Assembly (NCBI GenBank): GCA_951406725.2
Contig: OX597819.1
Span: 102,796,001-102,860,000, forward strand
Reading direction: 5' to 3'
From: Octopus vulgaris
Lineage: Eukaryota
DNA length: 64,000 nucleotides
Of this stretch, positions 13,394 to 28,463 are shown piece by piece; within the stretch, counting starts at the first letter, position 1; the number at the start of each line of letters is the position of its first letter. Below the pieces are notes generated by a model. The model saw nothing but the letters and a program-made list of their open reading frames with translations. It had not been told where the DNA came from and searched no databases. The translations under genes and the position numbers were made by a program.

Positions 13394-14722
13394 TCTGTAC
13401 TCTTTGCACATCCGTCTACCAATACCATCCATCTAAAAACGCTACACATATAGTACGATTGCATACATTCCGTTCCCACTAGAATAACAACCCTTAAACA
13501 GTAGATACGTTTGCGGTCCTGCAACACCCCACTTTGTTTGGTGCCAAAGGACGCAACTGTTAACTTAATGCTTAACACTTTACTTAAGCAGTTCGTTTCT
13601 TCTTTTTTCACAGCAACCACAACAACCGGATGACTTTTCACCTTAAGCAATAGAGAGCAGTTGCCATAATTTCTTCCAAAACTGCCGACCCTGAAAAGTG
13701 TAGGTTTATATTATAAAGCTCTTATCTAAAAACATGTTGAATCCCCAGTGCGAATCTAATTGGTAAGATCGGCTATCATGGATCAATAATAGGGTCTATT
13801 TTTTAAAATATAGGATGACAGAACCAAGCAGTGATGTGTATAGATACAAACTTGTTACCATTTCAAATATGCTTCGAACCCGTTTGAAAGCCATTCTCTG
13901 TATTTTGTTATGGAGAGAATTTCTCGATGTTAATGAACATGTTTAACTACACTGAGTAAGTTCACAGCGCTCTCTGACCACACTGCTAGATGCATGCATC
14001 TCGGAGTGGATACCATATCTTCTGCAGCAGTCGTTGCGAACTGACACGAGAGAGAGAGAGACAGGTCCCTCTTATCATATTCTCGTCATAAATAAAATAC
14101 GGGGTGAGAGGGTTAAGCAGTGGTGCACATATATACAAACTAACTACCAATTCTAATAAGCATGGGGTATATTCGAACACATAAGAAAGCCATTCAGTGT
14201 ATTTTGTCATGCACAAAATTTCTCGCTGTAGACAAATAGGTGTAAATGATTATATGTATGTTCGATTTAATATAAAAATCTTACAACATGGCCCGAAATT
14301 CCACTTAAATTCCCCTCTACAAATGTCCTATAGTCATTCTCACCTCATCACAACCACATCCACCCCGTCAAAACATAGACTCACTCCAGGATACTAAGCC
14401 AGCATACACCACAACTACAACAGCAGCAAGCCCAAAATAGAAATACACGTACAAATACTCGCACGAACATATATATACACACGCATAGACACATTCTCAT
14501 ACACCTCACACGACTTAAAACGTCAACCCCCAAACACCACCACCCAATTTCTACCCGGATAACTACATACCAACTAATTAGTTTCATTGTAGACAGGCTG
14601 TTTTTTCATGTGTTTGTATTTGAACGATAGCTACAGACAGGTGTGTGAGTATGCGTATGTATGTGAGTCTGTCTGAATATATGTGTGTGTATGCCTGTGT
14701 ATAGATGTGTGTGTATACGTGT

Positions 14723-14758
<36 letters not shown>

Positions 14759-14944
14759 TCGTGCATTTGTATGTGTGTATTCTTATATATTTTAGCATTC
14801 AATTCATACTTCATATAAAACGATGTGTTTCTATATGTAAATGTGTCGGCTATTTTTCAAGTGATTATTGTGCGTAAAGTATGTTCATTTGAGTCTTTAC
14901 ATCCACCCACCTCCACATGTAGTTGTATGTTTATGCGCATATGC

Positions 14945-14989
<45 letters not shown>

Positions 14990-15069
14990 CATATATATAC
15001 ACCCATATATATATAAATATGTCGGTGTATGTATGTATATATATATTTAGATATATGTACATATATATG

Positions 15070-15175
<106 letters not shown>

Positions 15176-15437
15176 TATATATACATATATATATATATTT
15201 GTGTGTTATGTGTGTGCATGTACGTATGCGTGAGTGTGGGCGTGTTTTTAAGAGATTGTGTGTGGCCAAACTATCACCGATTTGATAGTCCTGTAATTTC
15301 ACTACCAAACCAGATTCTCTACTTATCTGGAATAACAAAACAATCCTATTTAGGTATGTTTGTAATTCAGCCTCATACACTGATACCCAGTCTCTTCCAC
15401 ACACACACACTCTCTCCTCTTTCTCTCTCTTTTCCTC

Positions 15438-15477
<40 letters not shown>

Positions 15478-15813
15478 AACCTTATTCTAGTTCTCTCCCC
15501 TTCTACATCTCACCATTTCACCATCTCCTCATAAAGACCATCTTTCAGTTCCCCCTTTCCGCAAATTTCTGTCTTTCTTCTTTGTGTTACCATAATTCTG
15601 CCGCTCTGCCTTTCTCTATATTCACACTTATATATTCACGCCTATATAATCTGGCTAACTTACTTTTTTTTTTGGTTCATAACAAGATCCTGCCCATAAC
15701 GATCCTGAGTAGACGTCGGTTCTTTCATTCTTGTCACGTGATATTTATACCTATTCGTTTGCTAATATGTATCACATCTTTATATCCTTCCTTTACCATC
15801 CACCGCTCTCTCC

Positions 15814-15854
<41 letters not shown>

Positions 15855-15864
15855 TATATTCCTT

Positions 15865-17146
15865 TGTTCTTCTTTTATCTGTTTCAGTAATTTGACTGCG
15901 GCCATGCTGGAGCACCACATTTATTTTTTAAAGCCTAGTACTTCTATCGGTCGTTTTTGCCGAACCACTACGTTACAGAGACGTATTCACACCAAAACCG
16001 GTTTTCAAGCGGTGATGAGAGACAAACACATACACACACACATACACACATATATATACATACATATATACATATATATGTATGCATATATGTATGTACG
16101 TATGTATGCATGTATGTATGAATGTATGCATGCATGCATGTATAAGACGGGCTTCATTCAATTTCTGTCTACCAAATGCACTCACACGGCTTTGGTTGGG
16201 TGCGAGGTTATAGTAGAGGAAACTTGCCCAAGAAACCACTTAGTGGGACTGAATCCGGAACCATGTGGTTGAGAAGCAAGCTTCTTGCCACGCAGACATG
16301 CCTGCGACGGAAGAAGTTCAATTTGCTGGTCTTCAGCATAACAGACGGAGATACTTAGCACTATACTACCAAGGACCATATATTTATATATATATATATA
16401 TTACTCTTTTACTCTTTACTCTTTTACTTGTTTTAGTCATTTGACTGCGGCCATGCTGGAGCACCACCTTTAGTCGAGCAAATCGACCCCGGGACTTATT
16501 CTTTGTAAGCCTAGTACTTATTCTATCGGTCTCTTTTTGCCGAACCGCTAAGTGACGGGGACATAAACACACCAGCATCGGTTGTCAAGCAATGCTAGGG
16601 GGACAAACACAGACACACAAACACACACACACATATATATATATATACATATATACGACAGGCTTCTTTCAGTTTCCGTCTACCAAATCCACTCACAAGG
16701 CATTGGTTGGCCCGGGGCTATAGCAGAAGACACTTGCCAAGAAGTAAGCTACTTACCACACAGCCACTCCTGCGCCTGTATATATATATACAAATACATG
16801 CATATGCATATTTACATACATATATGTGTGTGTTTATGTATGTATGCATGGTCGCAGGCGAGTATGTGTCGTGGTTAAGAAGCATGTTTCTCAGTCATGT
16901 GGTTTTAGGTTCAGTCGCATTGCGCAGCATGTTCAACATTTGTTTTCTGCTTTAGCCAAAGGATATTCAAACCCTTCTGAGCGGATTTTGGTAGACGTAA
17001 ACTGAAAGAAGACCGACGTACAAGACTTAAATCGTAAGTACTGGAGTCGATTTTTTAGAATAAATCCATCAAGACGGTGCGTCAGTCAGCATGGTCGCAG
17101 TCCAATGACTGAAGCATGTAAAAGATAAAATCTAAATATACGTGTC

Positions 17147-17188
<42 letters not shown>

Positions 17189-17294
17189 AAGAGGGATAGA
17201 TAGATAAAGATATCTACAAGTGTATACGCATGCATGTATATATGTATAAATGCATAAATGGGTTTTCTATCTACCACGCTATATATTTGTTTAG

Positions 17295-17373
<79 letters not shown>

Positions 17374-18600
17374 AATGTTTATGTGGGTGAATGTCAACCT
17401 GAATCCCTCATACATTTGCCATTATCTTGTTTCCCTATGTTCAATTTCGGAATCCTCCTTCAGACGAACGTCACAAATTTAACACTTAGAATCATTCCAC
17501 TTATAAATGTATCCTTTGCTCTGTGAGGTTTAACCAAACCTTAAGTAAACAGCCAGTATGTATGATATGTTGCAGAGCGTTTAGAGATGAAAGACTGAAG
17601 ATAGACTCCAGTAATAGCGAGAAGGATGAATTTAATTCCAATAAATAAATAATACCAAATGTAAATGGATTCATTCATTTCTCTACGTTGATGGGAGATG
17701 TTTGCTATTTCTTTCCGTATTTAATACCACATTTTTCGAATGCGTGAGTGTATATGTATCTCTACATATGTGTGTGTGTGTGTATATGTGTGTGTGTGCG
17801 TGTGTATGTGTGTGTGTGTATGTGTGTGTGTGTGTGTTTGTGTGTGTGTGTATGTATATATATTCTTTTATACTTTTATTTGTTTCAGTCATTTGACTGC
17901 GGTCATTCTGGCAGACCGCTTTTAGTCGAAAAATCGACTTATTCTCTGTAAGCCTAGTACTTATACTATCGGTCTCTTTGCTGAACCGTTAAGTTACGGG
18001 GACGTAAACACGCCAACATCGGTTTTCAAGCGATGGTGGGGGAACAAACACAGACACGCAAACTCATATATATATATATATATATATGAGTGTGTACGTG
18101 TGTGTGTATGTATAGACGAAGGGGTGGCAGCGTGGTAAGGAGCTTGCTTCCCAACCACATGGGTCGGGGTACAGTCCTATTGCTCGGCACCTTGGACCAT
18201 CGGTCTGATCGAAACTTAACAATAAATTTGCTAGACGGGAACTCAAAGAACCCCGTTGTATATGTGTGTGTGTGTATGTGTGTATGTGTTTGTTTCTGTG
18301 TGTGTGTGCGTACGTGTATGTGTGTATGTGCGTGTGTGCGTGCGTGTTTGTATATTTTGGTGTCTGAGTTTGACCCCCCCCCCTCGCCAGCGCCGATCGA
18401 CAAACGGTGCTAGTGTTTTTACGTCCTCGCAACTTAGCGCTTCGACAAAAGTGACCAATAAACCAATAGAATAAGTACCAGGCGTTTGACGAATAATAAC
18501 TAATGTTAATATATTCGATAAGTAATTCTTCAAGGCGGTGCCCCAGCATGGCCTCACTCTATTGATTGAAAGAAGTAAATGATAAAAGATAAATGATTAT
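15865..18600. mobile_element. Cluster of SINE family B copies (tRNA-like head, central (TA/CA)n, tail ...ctccagcatggccgcagtcaaatgactgaaac)
   Basis: Copies at about 15865-16305(-), 16400-16780(-), 16850-17130(+), 17865-18070(-) and 18120-18595(+), all similar to the full copy at 23700-24105. Confidence 0.85.
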
Positions 18601-18610
18601 ATATATATAT

Positions 18611-18667
<57 letters not shown>

Positions 18668-19724
18668 GAATGGACGGGGTGAAAGGAGAAATCTTAGATG
18701 TATCTCTTTCGTTCAGGGAATGATGGAAAATGGATACAACATTTTGTTTATCTCCCTATGAACAGAAAAAACAAACGTATCAGCCTATTTCTTAGTTTCT
18801 TTCTTGTTCCTATTTGTTCCATGTTTTATTTCTCGATAAGTTTTGATATTTAAATGAAGAATAAAATCTTTCCTCATCGGTATAACCTAAATATTATTTA
18901 TTAGAAGATTACCACCAGTTTCATTCAGTCACCATCTTAACATAACAAATGTATTTTCCAGTGCGAATACTCTGTGAATTCTTGGGTGAAATCAGAAATC
19001 CTGATTTAAAAAATGATGGTACTTAACTCTACAATGATTAGTTGCAATCACTTCTACTAAGTTGTCTACAGATAGATAAAGTTCAAAATGGCCCAAAATA
19101 TTTTGCAACGTAGAAATGATTGCACGTGTGTAACACCGTAGTTTTCTTTGCAGCATTCAAAGACTGTACAAGCTGCTTTTACAATTCTTATATAAATTAT
19201 ATATTTGATGATTCTCTTAAAACTCCCAATAATTTTATAGATATTTATGTATGATTTTATTTATTTATTTATTTTCCTAATAACCGCACTGATATTATTA
19301 AAACTTTGCCAACATACAGTAGCAGAATAATATTCTATATTCTTTGATTTTATTCTATAGTTCAGATTGCTCACTTCTTGATGTAAATTATGAAGTAAAA
19401 TAAAAATACTGAAAATAGAAGACAGAATAATATAGCTTTCACACAGTTCTTGAGAGTGCTCAGTCAATAATATCTATATAGACTTTTATGCCATTTCAAG
19501 AATAAAAAGCTTCAAAGAAATGTATAATTCTATCTTTAAATTTTCAAAATAACCGTGATATTTCCTCCACTCATTTTGCGAAATTTTGAATGTCATTTAT
19601 TTTGGGAAACAGATGCTAAATCTTGTGCAAATCACACCCAACACTCCTGCAACATTGGTGACAGAAAACGGCAGGAGGTGGAAATGGAGTAGTATTGGCA
19701 ATATAGAGAAAAACACACAGGGGA

Positions 19725-19912
19725 AGATGGTATGATCGTTAGCACGCAGTGCAAAATGCTTAGCGGCATTTCGTCCGTCTTTTAAGTTCTGGGTTTAAAT
19801 TCCATCAAGGTCGACTTTCCCTTTCCTACTTACCAGTTGAGCATTAGGATCAATGTAATTGACTTAAGCCCTTCCCCGAAATTGATGGTCTTAAGCCAAA
19901 ATTTGAAACCAA
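19725..19912 (+). mobile_element. SINE family A
   Basis: cgttagcacgcagtgcaaaatgcttagcggcatttcgtcc...ggtcgactttccc matches other copies. Confidence 0.75.
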
Positions 19913-20137
19913 TGTATAGAAACACATGTATATGGGCAGGAGTTGTAGATTTAGTTTTAAAAGAAAAAGACGAATTCCAAGATAGGTGTGCATGTCAGCA
20001 AACTCCTTCCTTATTCAGTTTCTCTTTAAATCCGTCCCCCATCTCTCTGAATCTCACTTCATCTATGTTACTTAATCCCTATTTCATTCTACTCTGATAT
20101 TCCAAAGAAAAAGAGAAAGAAAGAAAGAAAGAAAGAT

Positions 20138-20185
<48 letters not shown>

Positions 20186-21126
20186 ACTGATGTAGAGACC
20201 TCTTAGGTGTAAAAACCTGAATGAGATCAAGGACGAAATTTCTTCGTGATCATCTTGGTATGCCCGGATTCGCTCATTCTTTCTAATTAGAGAAGTAAAT
20301 AATTTATATACACACAATTACATACACATATAAACACACACACAAACACACACACGCACACACACGCATGTGTGTGTGTGTATACATGTGTATGATTATA
20401 TATATAAGTACAGAAGTGTGTGCGCGTGCGTGTGCGTTTCAATGTGTGTGTTGTAAAATCAAGAAGGACAAGCCTAATCTACATTGTATATGCTTGAAGT
20501 GCATATACAAAGCTTAGGCCTTTCTACTCTTTAAATCTCTCCCTTGTAACTATTGATGGGTTTATATTCAATGGATATTTTTATTGGTATTAACGCTTCT
20601 CATTTAAAACTAATGTCATTTAAATCAAAATTATATGCAGCTACAAAAATCAGATATGATACGAATATAATTTTCCTTAAATGAGGAAACTGCACTCAGA
20701 GTAGAAATGCGTGTGCTGAATAATAAAATAGGTCTTTAAATAGATACAGAAGAACTTTTAGCTTGTCAATATTTATTTTTAAGCCTGTATAAAGAGAATA
20801 ATAATTTTAAATCACCCACTTCTTTCTTTACGCAAAGACAATGAATTTGGGTATAGCGCATTGACAACAAAAAGTGAGGGTTCTGCCTTGAGCTAAATAA
20901 GATGTTTTCGCGCAAGATGCTCGAAGCAACTTCTACCATAAACAGTCGCTACAAAGATGAAGACGGAATCAATAATTTCAAGATAAGATACAAGTCTTCA
21001 CAGATAAAGATGTACTGAAGGCAAAAAAAGGCAAACCAAAATCTTACACTACAAAGATTAAGAACCGGATCTGCCCTATATTTTTGGCAAGCGAAATTCA
21101 TTTCATCTGATTCCATTTCTTCTTAT

Positions 21127-21192
<66 letters not shown>

Positions 21193-21284
21193 ATGTATAT
21201 ATATATTATATATATATATATATATATACATACATATACATATATATATAGACGCACACACATATGTATATATATATATGTATG

Positions 21285-21345
<61 letters not shown>

Positions 21346-21367
21346 CCTTTAAATATGTCCCAATAGC

Positions 21368-21405
21368 TGCACTGAAGAGAATTGACTAGTCGAAGCACGT
21401 ATGTA
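21368..21405 (+). ncRNA. Degenerate minimal type-I hammerhead ribozyme motif
   Basis: UGCA-CUGAAGA-GAAUUGACUAGUC-GAAG-CAC-GUA-UGUA. Stem I is 4 bp, GAAA is changed to GAAG and stem II is weak. Lies ~25 bp from a (TA)n tract. Confidence 0.45.
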
Positions 21406-21899
21406 TATTTATAAAATAAAAGCTCTTTAAATACATATAAAATAATTTAATCTTGTCATGATTTGTTTTTCAACTTGTGTAAACATGAACGAAATTAGTT
21501 TCTTTTTTCACACTGCCTACTTTATTCTTTACAATATGTGCATGTGTTTGCATGTATATGTGTCTTGTATATGAAGGGACTGCATAAACCAACCACACCA
21601 CAATATAAACTTAGAAATGTCAAGGGGGGATAATGATTGTTACACTATAACAGTCAAACCATAGATGTAAAACTAGGTACTTCTACTTCGTTTTAATTTT
21701 TCCTATATCTGAGCTTGATTTTACAAACTTAACAAATGAAAGTCAATACATAGAGTATGTTTTTAGTAGCCGAGTAGCTACAGTGACAGCAGTTTCTTTC
21801 TCTCTCTCACTCACACACACACTCACACACACGTCTCCCATTGGTGAAATAAGTATAAGAAACATCAGATTTGTTTTGCGCCATGCAAAAAGCCTAGGA

Positions 21900-23560
21900 A
21901 CAACTCAGAGGTTTTGAAAACTTATCTAAATCCATTGCAATGCTGAAAACTCTTCCGTATCATCAGCAGGTATTTCAGGGTCACAAGCTTCTTACCACGT
22001 AACCGGGGCAGGGAGAACTGATTTAATCTTCACCTACGGAAGTGTTCTACTTGTGACCTATTATCAATAATAGCAACCTTGTGTTTGTTTAAGTTGCCGA
22101 GCCAAGCGCTATTGGGTGTCGCTTCAGTTGTTTGGTTTCAATACCTATCTTTTGCAGGAAATAGAGCAGTGATGCAGCTGAAAAAGCTCAGCAGCCGACT
22201 TCAATGGTAATTGAGGCCGAATGCCATCACTTGGCAAGGTCGCTGTCAAGTAAGTTCTGATATTTCATTTTTTTACCTGGGGGGAGTTATCGAGTCTTTC
22301 CTCCCAGGACACTCTGAGTTCGACAACGATGATTGCTTTTATATTCCAGGGAAGCAGTAATGTGTCTAGTCAGACTGATGGTAACATTATCCACCCCACC
22401 CCTTGGGAAGACAATCAACTTTCATCACCAAGTCTGAGGCTGAATACAAAATACAAGACGGTACCCTATAAATGCTTTCGCCCAAGGAGCTTTGTTGCCT
22501 TCTTTTAAGAATCTGATACCGTTTGGTGGTAGTAACTGGTGTTTATTAGCCCTCATCTTTTGGAGATCAGTCTACCTAGCAACTTGCTCATGAACCTTGT
22601 CATTTCTCCACTCGTCTCGGCCTGCTTCCAGTCCCTGAATCACAATATGATTCATGGAGCAAAGACTTGCTTCACATTATTGCAGTATGGTTCTGTTTCT
22701 TTGTCCCATATTTTAAAGTTATATCGGTTGGCGACATCATACAGGAACGACAATCTTCCCTGTCAGTGATCCAGAGTTTCTCCCAGGCCAGTGGCTGCTT
22801 GAGTACCTGATCCCACACTGGAAACATACATTTCAAGAAGCTGACTTTTATCAAATGTCCTTAGCCTGTTGTGGAATTGGATTTTGGTGTCTCCAACATT
22901 GTTAATATCCTAAAGATATAATCAGAATTTTTCCCAAGTTAAGGGACTCCTTTTGTCGGAAATCCAGAGTCCTGAATGCAGAAGATATCATTTCCTTTAA
23001 AGATATTCGGGCTCCGAGTTTTTACTGGATCGTACTTCAATGTGTCAATCTTTTCCAATGAGATTAATGTCCGCTGTGCTCCTTTGACTGATGATGTCAT
23101 AAACGTTGTGCCGTCATGAACACCTATGAGTAATAATAGGTCGTCTGCCTCCTGATCCAGCGCTTCATCAATTTGTGAAGTACTGCTGATACTCTCAAAT
23201 AATGTCTCGGAGTAGTGTCAGATTTTTTAAATTCCTGCTGTTGCTCCTTCCATTTCCATTTGCTTTGATGCATCTTCACTCTACATTCACTCATAAATAC
23301 TCTCATCACAACCGTTGCATCTTCTTTAATTTTCACTCTCCCGTCTTGCTGAATCCAGTCCCACATACCAAAAGTTCTTATCCAAGTTATTGTCCCTACA
23401 TTTCATACTCTTAAGCTGATTAAACTCCTGTCACTCCTCAGTCTCTCTGGGGGTATTTTTCTTGATGTGTATTGCTGACTTCCTGGTGCAGTGCTCGGTG
23501 CTGCAATCCCTAACAATGTTGTGTGCCGTCTTTCCGAGCTGTCGGCTATTTTTCATGTAT
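21900..23560 (-). mobile_element. Decayed RLE-type LINE, HERO-like 3' half
   Basis: Minus-strand translations give LAWEKLW, HI...GRDEWRNDKV (WRH-like), IIVVELRVSWEE...KK.KYQNL and an EVG-like motif, i.e. the ELTVPWE...K..KY..L...EVG RLE signature. Confidence 0.7.
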
Positions 23561-23652
23561 GTAATTGAGTCTCTTCCTTAACTTCTATGTGCCTTTCGCA
23601 CGGTCATCACACACATACATATTATGTATGTATATATAATATATAAATATAT

Positions 23653-23699
<47 letters not shown>

Positions 23700-23703
<4 letters not shown>

Positions 23704-24105
23704 TAGGAGTGGCTGTGTGGTAAGTAACTTGATTATGAACCACATGGTTCCGGGTTCGGTCCCACTGTGTGGCACCTTGGGCAAGTGTCTTCTACTATAG
23801 TCTCAGGCCGACCAAAGCCTTGTGAGTGGATTTGGTAGACGGAAACTGAAAGAAGCCCATCGTATATATGTATATATATATATGTGTGTTTGTGTGTCTG
23901 TATCTGTCCCCCACCCAGCATCGCTTGACAACCGATTCTGGTGTGTTTACATTCCCGTAAATTAGCGGTTGGTCATAAGAGAGGGATAAAATATGTACTA
24001 GGCTTACAAAGAATAAGACCTCGGGTGGATTTTCTCGACTGAAGGCGGTGTTCCAGCATGGCCACAGTCAAATGACTGAAACAAGTAACAGAGTAAAGAG
24101 AAAAG
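23700..24105 (+). mobile_element. SINE family B, full-length copy
   Basis: A-box-like tggctgtgtggtaag, B-box ggttcggtccc, body, internal microsatellite and simple-repeat tail. Confidence 0.88.
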
Positions 24106-24765
24106 AGTATATGTGTGTGTGTGTAATAAAACGTTAAACTATGCCCTAAGCTTTCGGCGGCGTGGTGCATGAGATTTCGAATTATATATTGCTCATCACC
24201 ATTTGCTCTGTTCCAACAGTTTTTGCGAGAAAAATAACTCAAAGCTAGACAGATAATACATCATAAATAAACTTCAAAGATGACAGCAAATCTAAATGAA
24301 ATTTCTATTCTGAAATTACGTCACAGAATAAAACGTCACAGTTTGCACAGTACTAATCTATGAATAATAATCACTTTGTATTTCATTTTGGAGCAAAACT
24401 CTCATTTTGATACAAGACAAATATACGTTGACATTGAATTTTTCGCTTTTTAGTTCATATTGTATTACTAGGAGCTAAAGTGCATCAACATTCTTACTAC
24501 ATTGAATTTATATTCTCGTTTCTAAATGTAATACATCATTATTAATGTATCCTTTAATACTTTTACTGGAGCCCAATATATATATTTATTAACCTAGAAA
24601 AGATGCAACGCTAAGGCGATTTGAGAGCGATTTAAATTCAGAATTGAAGTGGGACAAGTAAATTATCTCTAGCTTTTTATGTACAATTTTATCTTGGGAC
24701 GAGTTACTGCTGTTCAAACTCTCTCTCTCCCTTTCTCTTTCTCTATCTATCTATCACTCTCTCTC

Positions 24766-24796
<31 letters not shown>

Positions 24797-24807
24797 CTGT
24801 GTGTGTG

Positions 24808-24838
<31 letters not shown>

Positions 24839-25066
24839 GCACATACCCATATATATTCATATATAAATACATATATGTGTCTATACATACATGCATACAC
24901 ATATTCATACATATGTATATACACACTCATATATGTATATATACGTACATAATTAAAAGCATGCACACATACAAACATACACATACACAAACATATATAT
25001 ATATACATACATAGAAATATATATATATAGATATATATATATGCACATACATACATACATACATAG

Positions 25067-25133
<67 letters not shown>

Positions 25134-25936
25134 TATATATATACATACTCAATATAAAATAGTGTACATTGCAACACAAGAGAAAAACTACCTTTAACAG
25201 GTAATTTTTACACGCTATAAGAAACAGTCCAAACCCTAAATATATATATATATATATATGGCAAGAAGGGAAAATTTAATAGCCATGAGTAAAAGAACTA
25301 TCTTCATTTCATAGTAATATCGATTACAGTGTCCATGTACGGAACGAAAATCTTAGTATAGCAGTGTTTGAATGATTTACTTTCGGATCAACACATAAAC
25401 CCTGTTACACCCCCCCAAATCACATTCATTTACATACATTTACATACATATATATACACATATCTGAATTCACCGATAGACATACACGTACTCGTAAACA
25501 CGAAGGAATGCATAAAAAATTGACAGCTCCCCCACGTAGCGCTAACGACACAGAACGCCACCTGTTATGACTTTGGAACAACACAGCTGTTATATTCAGT
25601 ACAAGGCTTGGCAGCTTCAGTTGTGGCATGGTTCTCCAGGGACTACTCAATATTCTGGCAGATGAAACCGTTGATCGCTTCCTAAATGTTTGTCCGTTTG
25701 TCCCTCTATTTCATATCTACCTAGTCACCTAACTAGACACAATTACTTACCAACGTATTTACCTATAAACTTACCTACCTAATTATCTGTATTAGTATAT
25801 TTATTTTCTTTCTCTTTCTTCTCCCTAATTAAGCATTCATCACCTCGTTCACAATTCGAACGTCCCTATTTCATTTCGAACTGTCCGCGCTCTCTCTCTC
25901 TTTCTCTTTCTAGCTCCCCCCTCTCTCATTCACTCT

Positions 25937-25975
<39 letters not shown>

Positions 25976-26292
25976 CAAGTTTTTTTCCGTATGTGTATGT
26001 GCATGTTTAGATAAATAGATAGATGAATAGATAGAGGAAATAAGCAGATGATCACGCACACGCACACACATACACTTCAAGCACGCTCACACACAGACAC
26101 ACATATACAAACGCGCACACACATACATACAAACACGCACACGTAGAGAGCAGAGTTGCAAGCAACTACAATAAGAACAAATGGAACAAATGTAAGAAAC
26201 TTGTGTTTATGGTAATTTCTCATGTGTTTACATATGTATGTACGTATGTATGCATGTATGTATGTATGTATGTATGTATCTCTCTCTCTCTA

Positions 26293-26338
<46 letters not shown>

Positions 26339-26359
26339 CATACAGACATACATACGTCT

Positions 26360-26560
26360 TGATTTCAAATTTTTTCACATGGCCAGCAATTGCAGAGGAG
26401 GGAAGTAGTCGATTATATCGATCTCAACTGATCAACTGGTAATTATTTTATCAACTTTGAAGATTGAAAGGCGGAACTGGAACGAAAAACGTAAAGACGG
26501 ATGAAATGCTGCTAAGCAGTTTTTCCGACTTCCTTACGATTCTGTTAGTTCAACGCCTTA
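26360..26560 (-). mobile_element. SINE family A, decayed
   Basis: Similar to other family A copies. Confidence 0.65.
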
Positions 26561-26611
26561 TTTATGCATATATTATATACCTGCACACATATATATATAT
26601 ATATATATATA

Positions 26612-27112
26612 CTAGCAGTATCACCCGGCGTTGCTCGGGTTTGTAAGGGAAATAACTATATAAGCATTTTTAGAGACGTACTTCCCTTATAGATGCCAAT
26701 TCGGGCTTTCTTAGTCATTTCTGTTTTGGTGTCTTCAAGCCATGAAGTCGTTGTTCTAAAAGAACGCTGGTCTCCTTGACAACGCTTTACGACGTTGATT
26801 TCCTTACACTGCCTTTCTCACAGCTTCACGAGGGAGGGAAGAAGGGGGAGAAGCAAACACAGGTGCAGGTGTTTGAGCGTGGACGCCAACTCCGCCGTCA
26901 TCGACACACGAAAAATGATGCATTAAAATGGAATAAAAAATGATGTTAAATTATTTTTTAAATCGTAGACTCATCGTAGACGCGCGCTAATAGCCAGACG
27001 GGCTCGATATTAATCACGACTATAAGATACCCGAATTTGGTTAAACTGCACCGCAAAATGTGGGAGGAGTTAGGAATCTAAATCGAAGGGGACAGACACT
27101 CACACAACTAGA

Positions 27113-27128
<16 letters not shown>
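26612..27128 (-). mobile_element. Non-autonomous Helitron (~515 bp), copy 1
   Basis: On the minus strand it starts TATATATAAAA and ends with the hairpin cccgagcaacgccggg followed by CTAG|T. Highly similar inverted copy at 62253-62765. Confidence 0.85.
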
Positions 27129-27165
<37 letters not shown>

Positions 27166-27167
<2 letters not shown>

Positions 27168-27440
27168 AGGCACATGGCCTAATGGTTACAGAAGCGGACA
27201 CGCGATCTAGGGATCGCGAGTTCTAATCTTAGACCAGGTGATGTGTATGAGCGAAACACCTAGGCTACACGCGGCTCCGGCAGAAGGTAATGGCGAACTT
27301 CAGCTGACTCTCACTCTCTCCTTCTGCATCTTGCAACTCACCTGCGACGGACCGGCGTCCCGTTCAAGTGGGGACCCTATACGCCAAGGAAACCGGGAAA
27401 CCGGCCCTATGTACCAGGCGTGGCTTGAGAAGGAACAAAG
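27166..27440 (+). mobile_element. tRNA-derived SINE, family C
   Basis: tRNA-like head ggaggcacatggcctaatggtta...gagttctaatc, similar to 55060-55229(-). Confidence 0.75.
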
Positions 27441-27956
27441 GACATATATATATAAAGCAAATAAGTAACAAGGATGTCAAGGCATTAATGCAGAACGGCC
27501 GTTTCAGGTGGTTCCATTTAATTGAACAATGTAAGCATTACATCAATTTAAAATACAGCGCCATCCTCAGTTGAATAGAAAATTTCAACACTCCGGATAT
27601 TCTATTATAAGTTTCAACAAATATTTCATCAGAGCTAAAGAAGTAAAGACTTCCATGCTACTATTAATATGGCAGAATAAACCTAAAGTGAAACGATTAC
27701 AACTTTGGAATAGCAGAATTGGAAACACTGTGAGCGTCATGAAATTAGTAATTTAACTACAATTTCTTATCTTTCCTCTTATCATCATCGAAAGATCTAA
27801 TGCAGCCAGTATTATGACACTAAGAGTTGACAGTTAAATTCTAGTTGCTGGCCATAAATTAATATTGTTAGATATTCTCTCTAACCCTAACTCTCTATGG
27901 TTATAGATTCCCTTACCGAACTGGTTTGGTGCATCAATTTATGTACCTTATTCAAC

Positions 27957-27988
<32 letters not shown>

Positions 27989-28139
27989 ATGAGAGAGTGA
28001 GGGGGGCTATAAGAGGTAATGGTGTCAGTGAAACCCAAAGGTGTCAGGTAATGCTGAATATGTGCTATGGATAGAACATATTTAGGTTCTCTGTTCGGTA
28101 ATTGTGCGAATAAGGGGTCCAACGTAGGTCATATATCAG

Positions 28140-28390
28140 CGTGTGTATATAATTTTTTTTCCGTAATGAGATTAAAAAAAACCAAGGCTGTGTAGATTTT
28201 AGAACAATTTATAAATAAAAGGTCTTACAGCTTCTCTAAATTAACTATTGCTTAACCATCTTCTCACACCGTCTCCGATGAAAGGATATAAATATCCTAG
28301 AAACAGCTGTAAGACCTTCTAATTATAAATGTTCTAAAATCTACACAGCCTTCGTTTTTTATCTCATTACGGAAAAAAATTTATACACAC
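28140..28390. mobile_element. Foldback non-coding element carrying a hammerhead motif
   Basis: Inverted arms 28140-28232 and 28305-28390, with the HHR motif at 28271-28315. Confidence 0.75.
28271..28315 (+). ncRNA. Minimal type-I hammerhead ribozyme motif with variant core CCGAUGA
   Basis: GUCU-CCGAUGA-A-AGGAUA[UAAA]UAUCCU-A-GAAAC-AGCU-GUA-AGAC. Stem I 4 bp, stem II 6 bp, palindromic stem III ACAGCUGU, GUA site. Confidence 0.7.
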
Positions 28391-28403
28391 ACACACACAC
28401 ACG

Positions 28404-28463
<60 letters not shown>

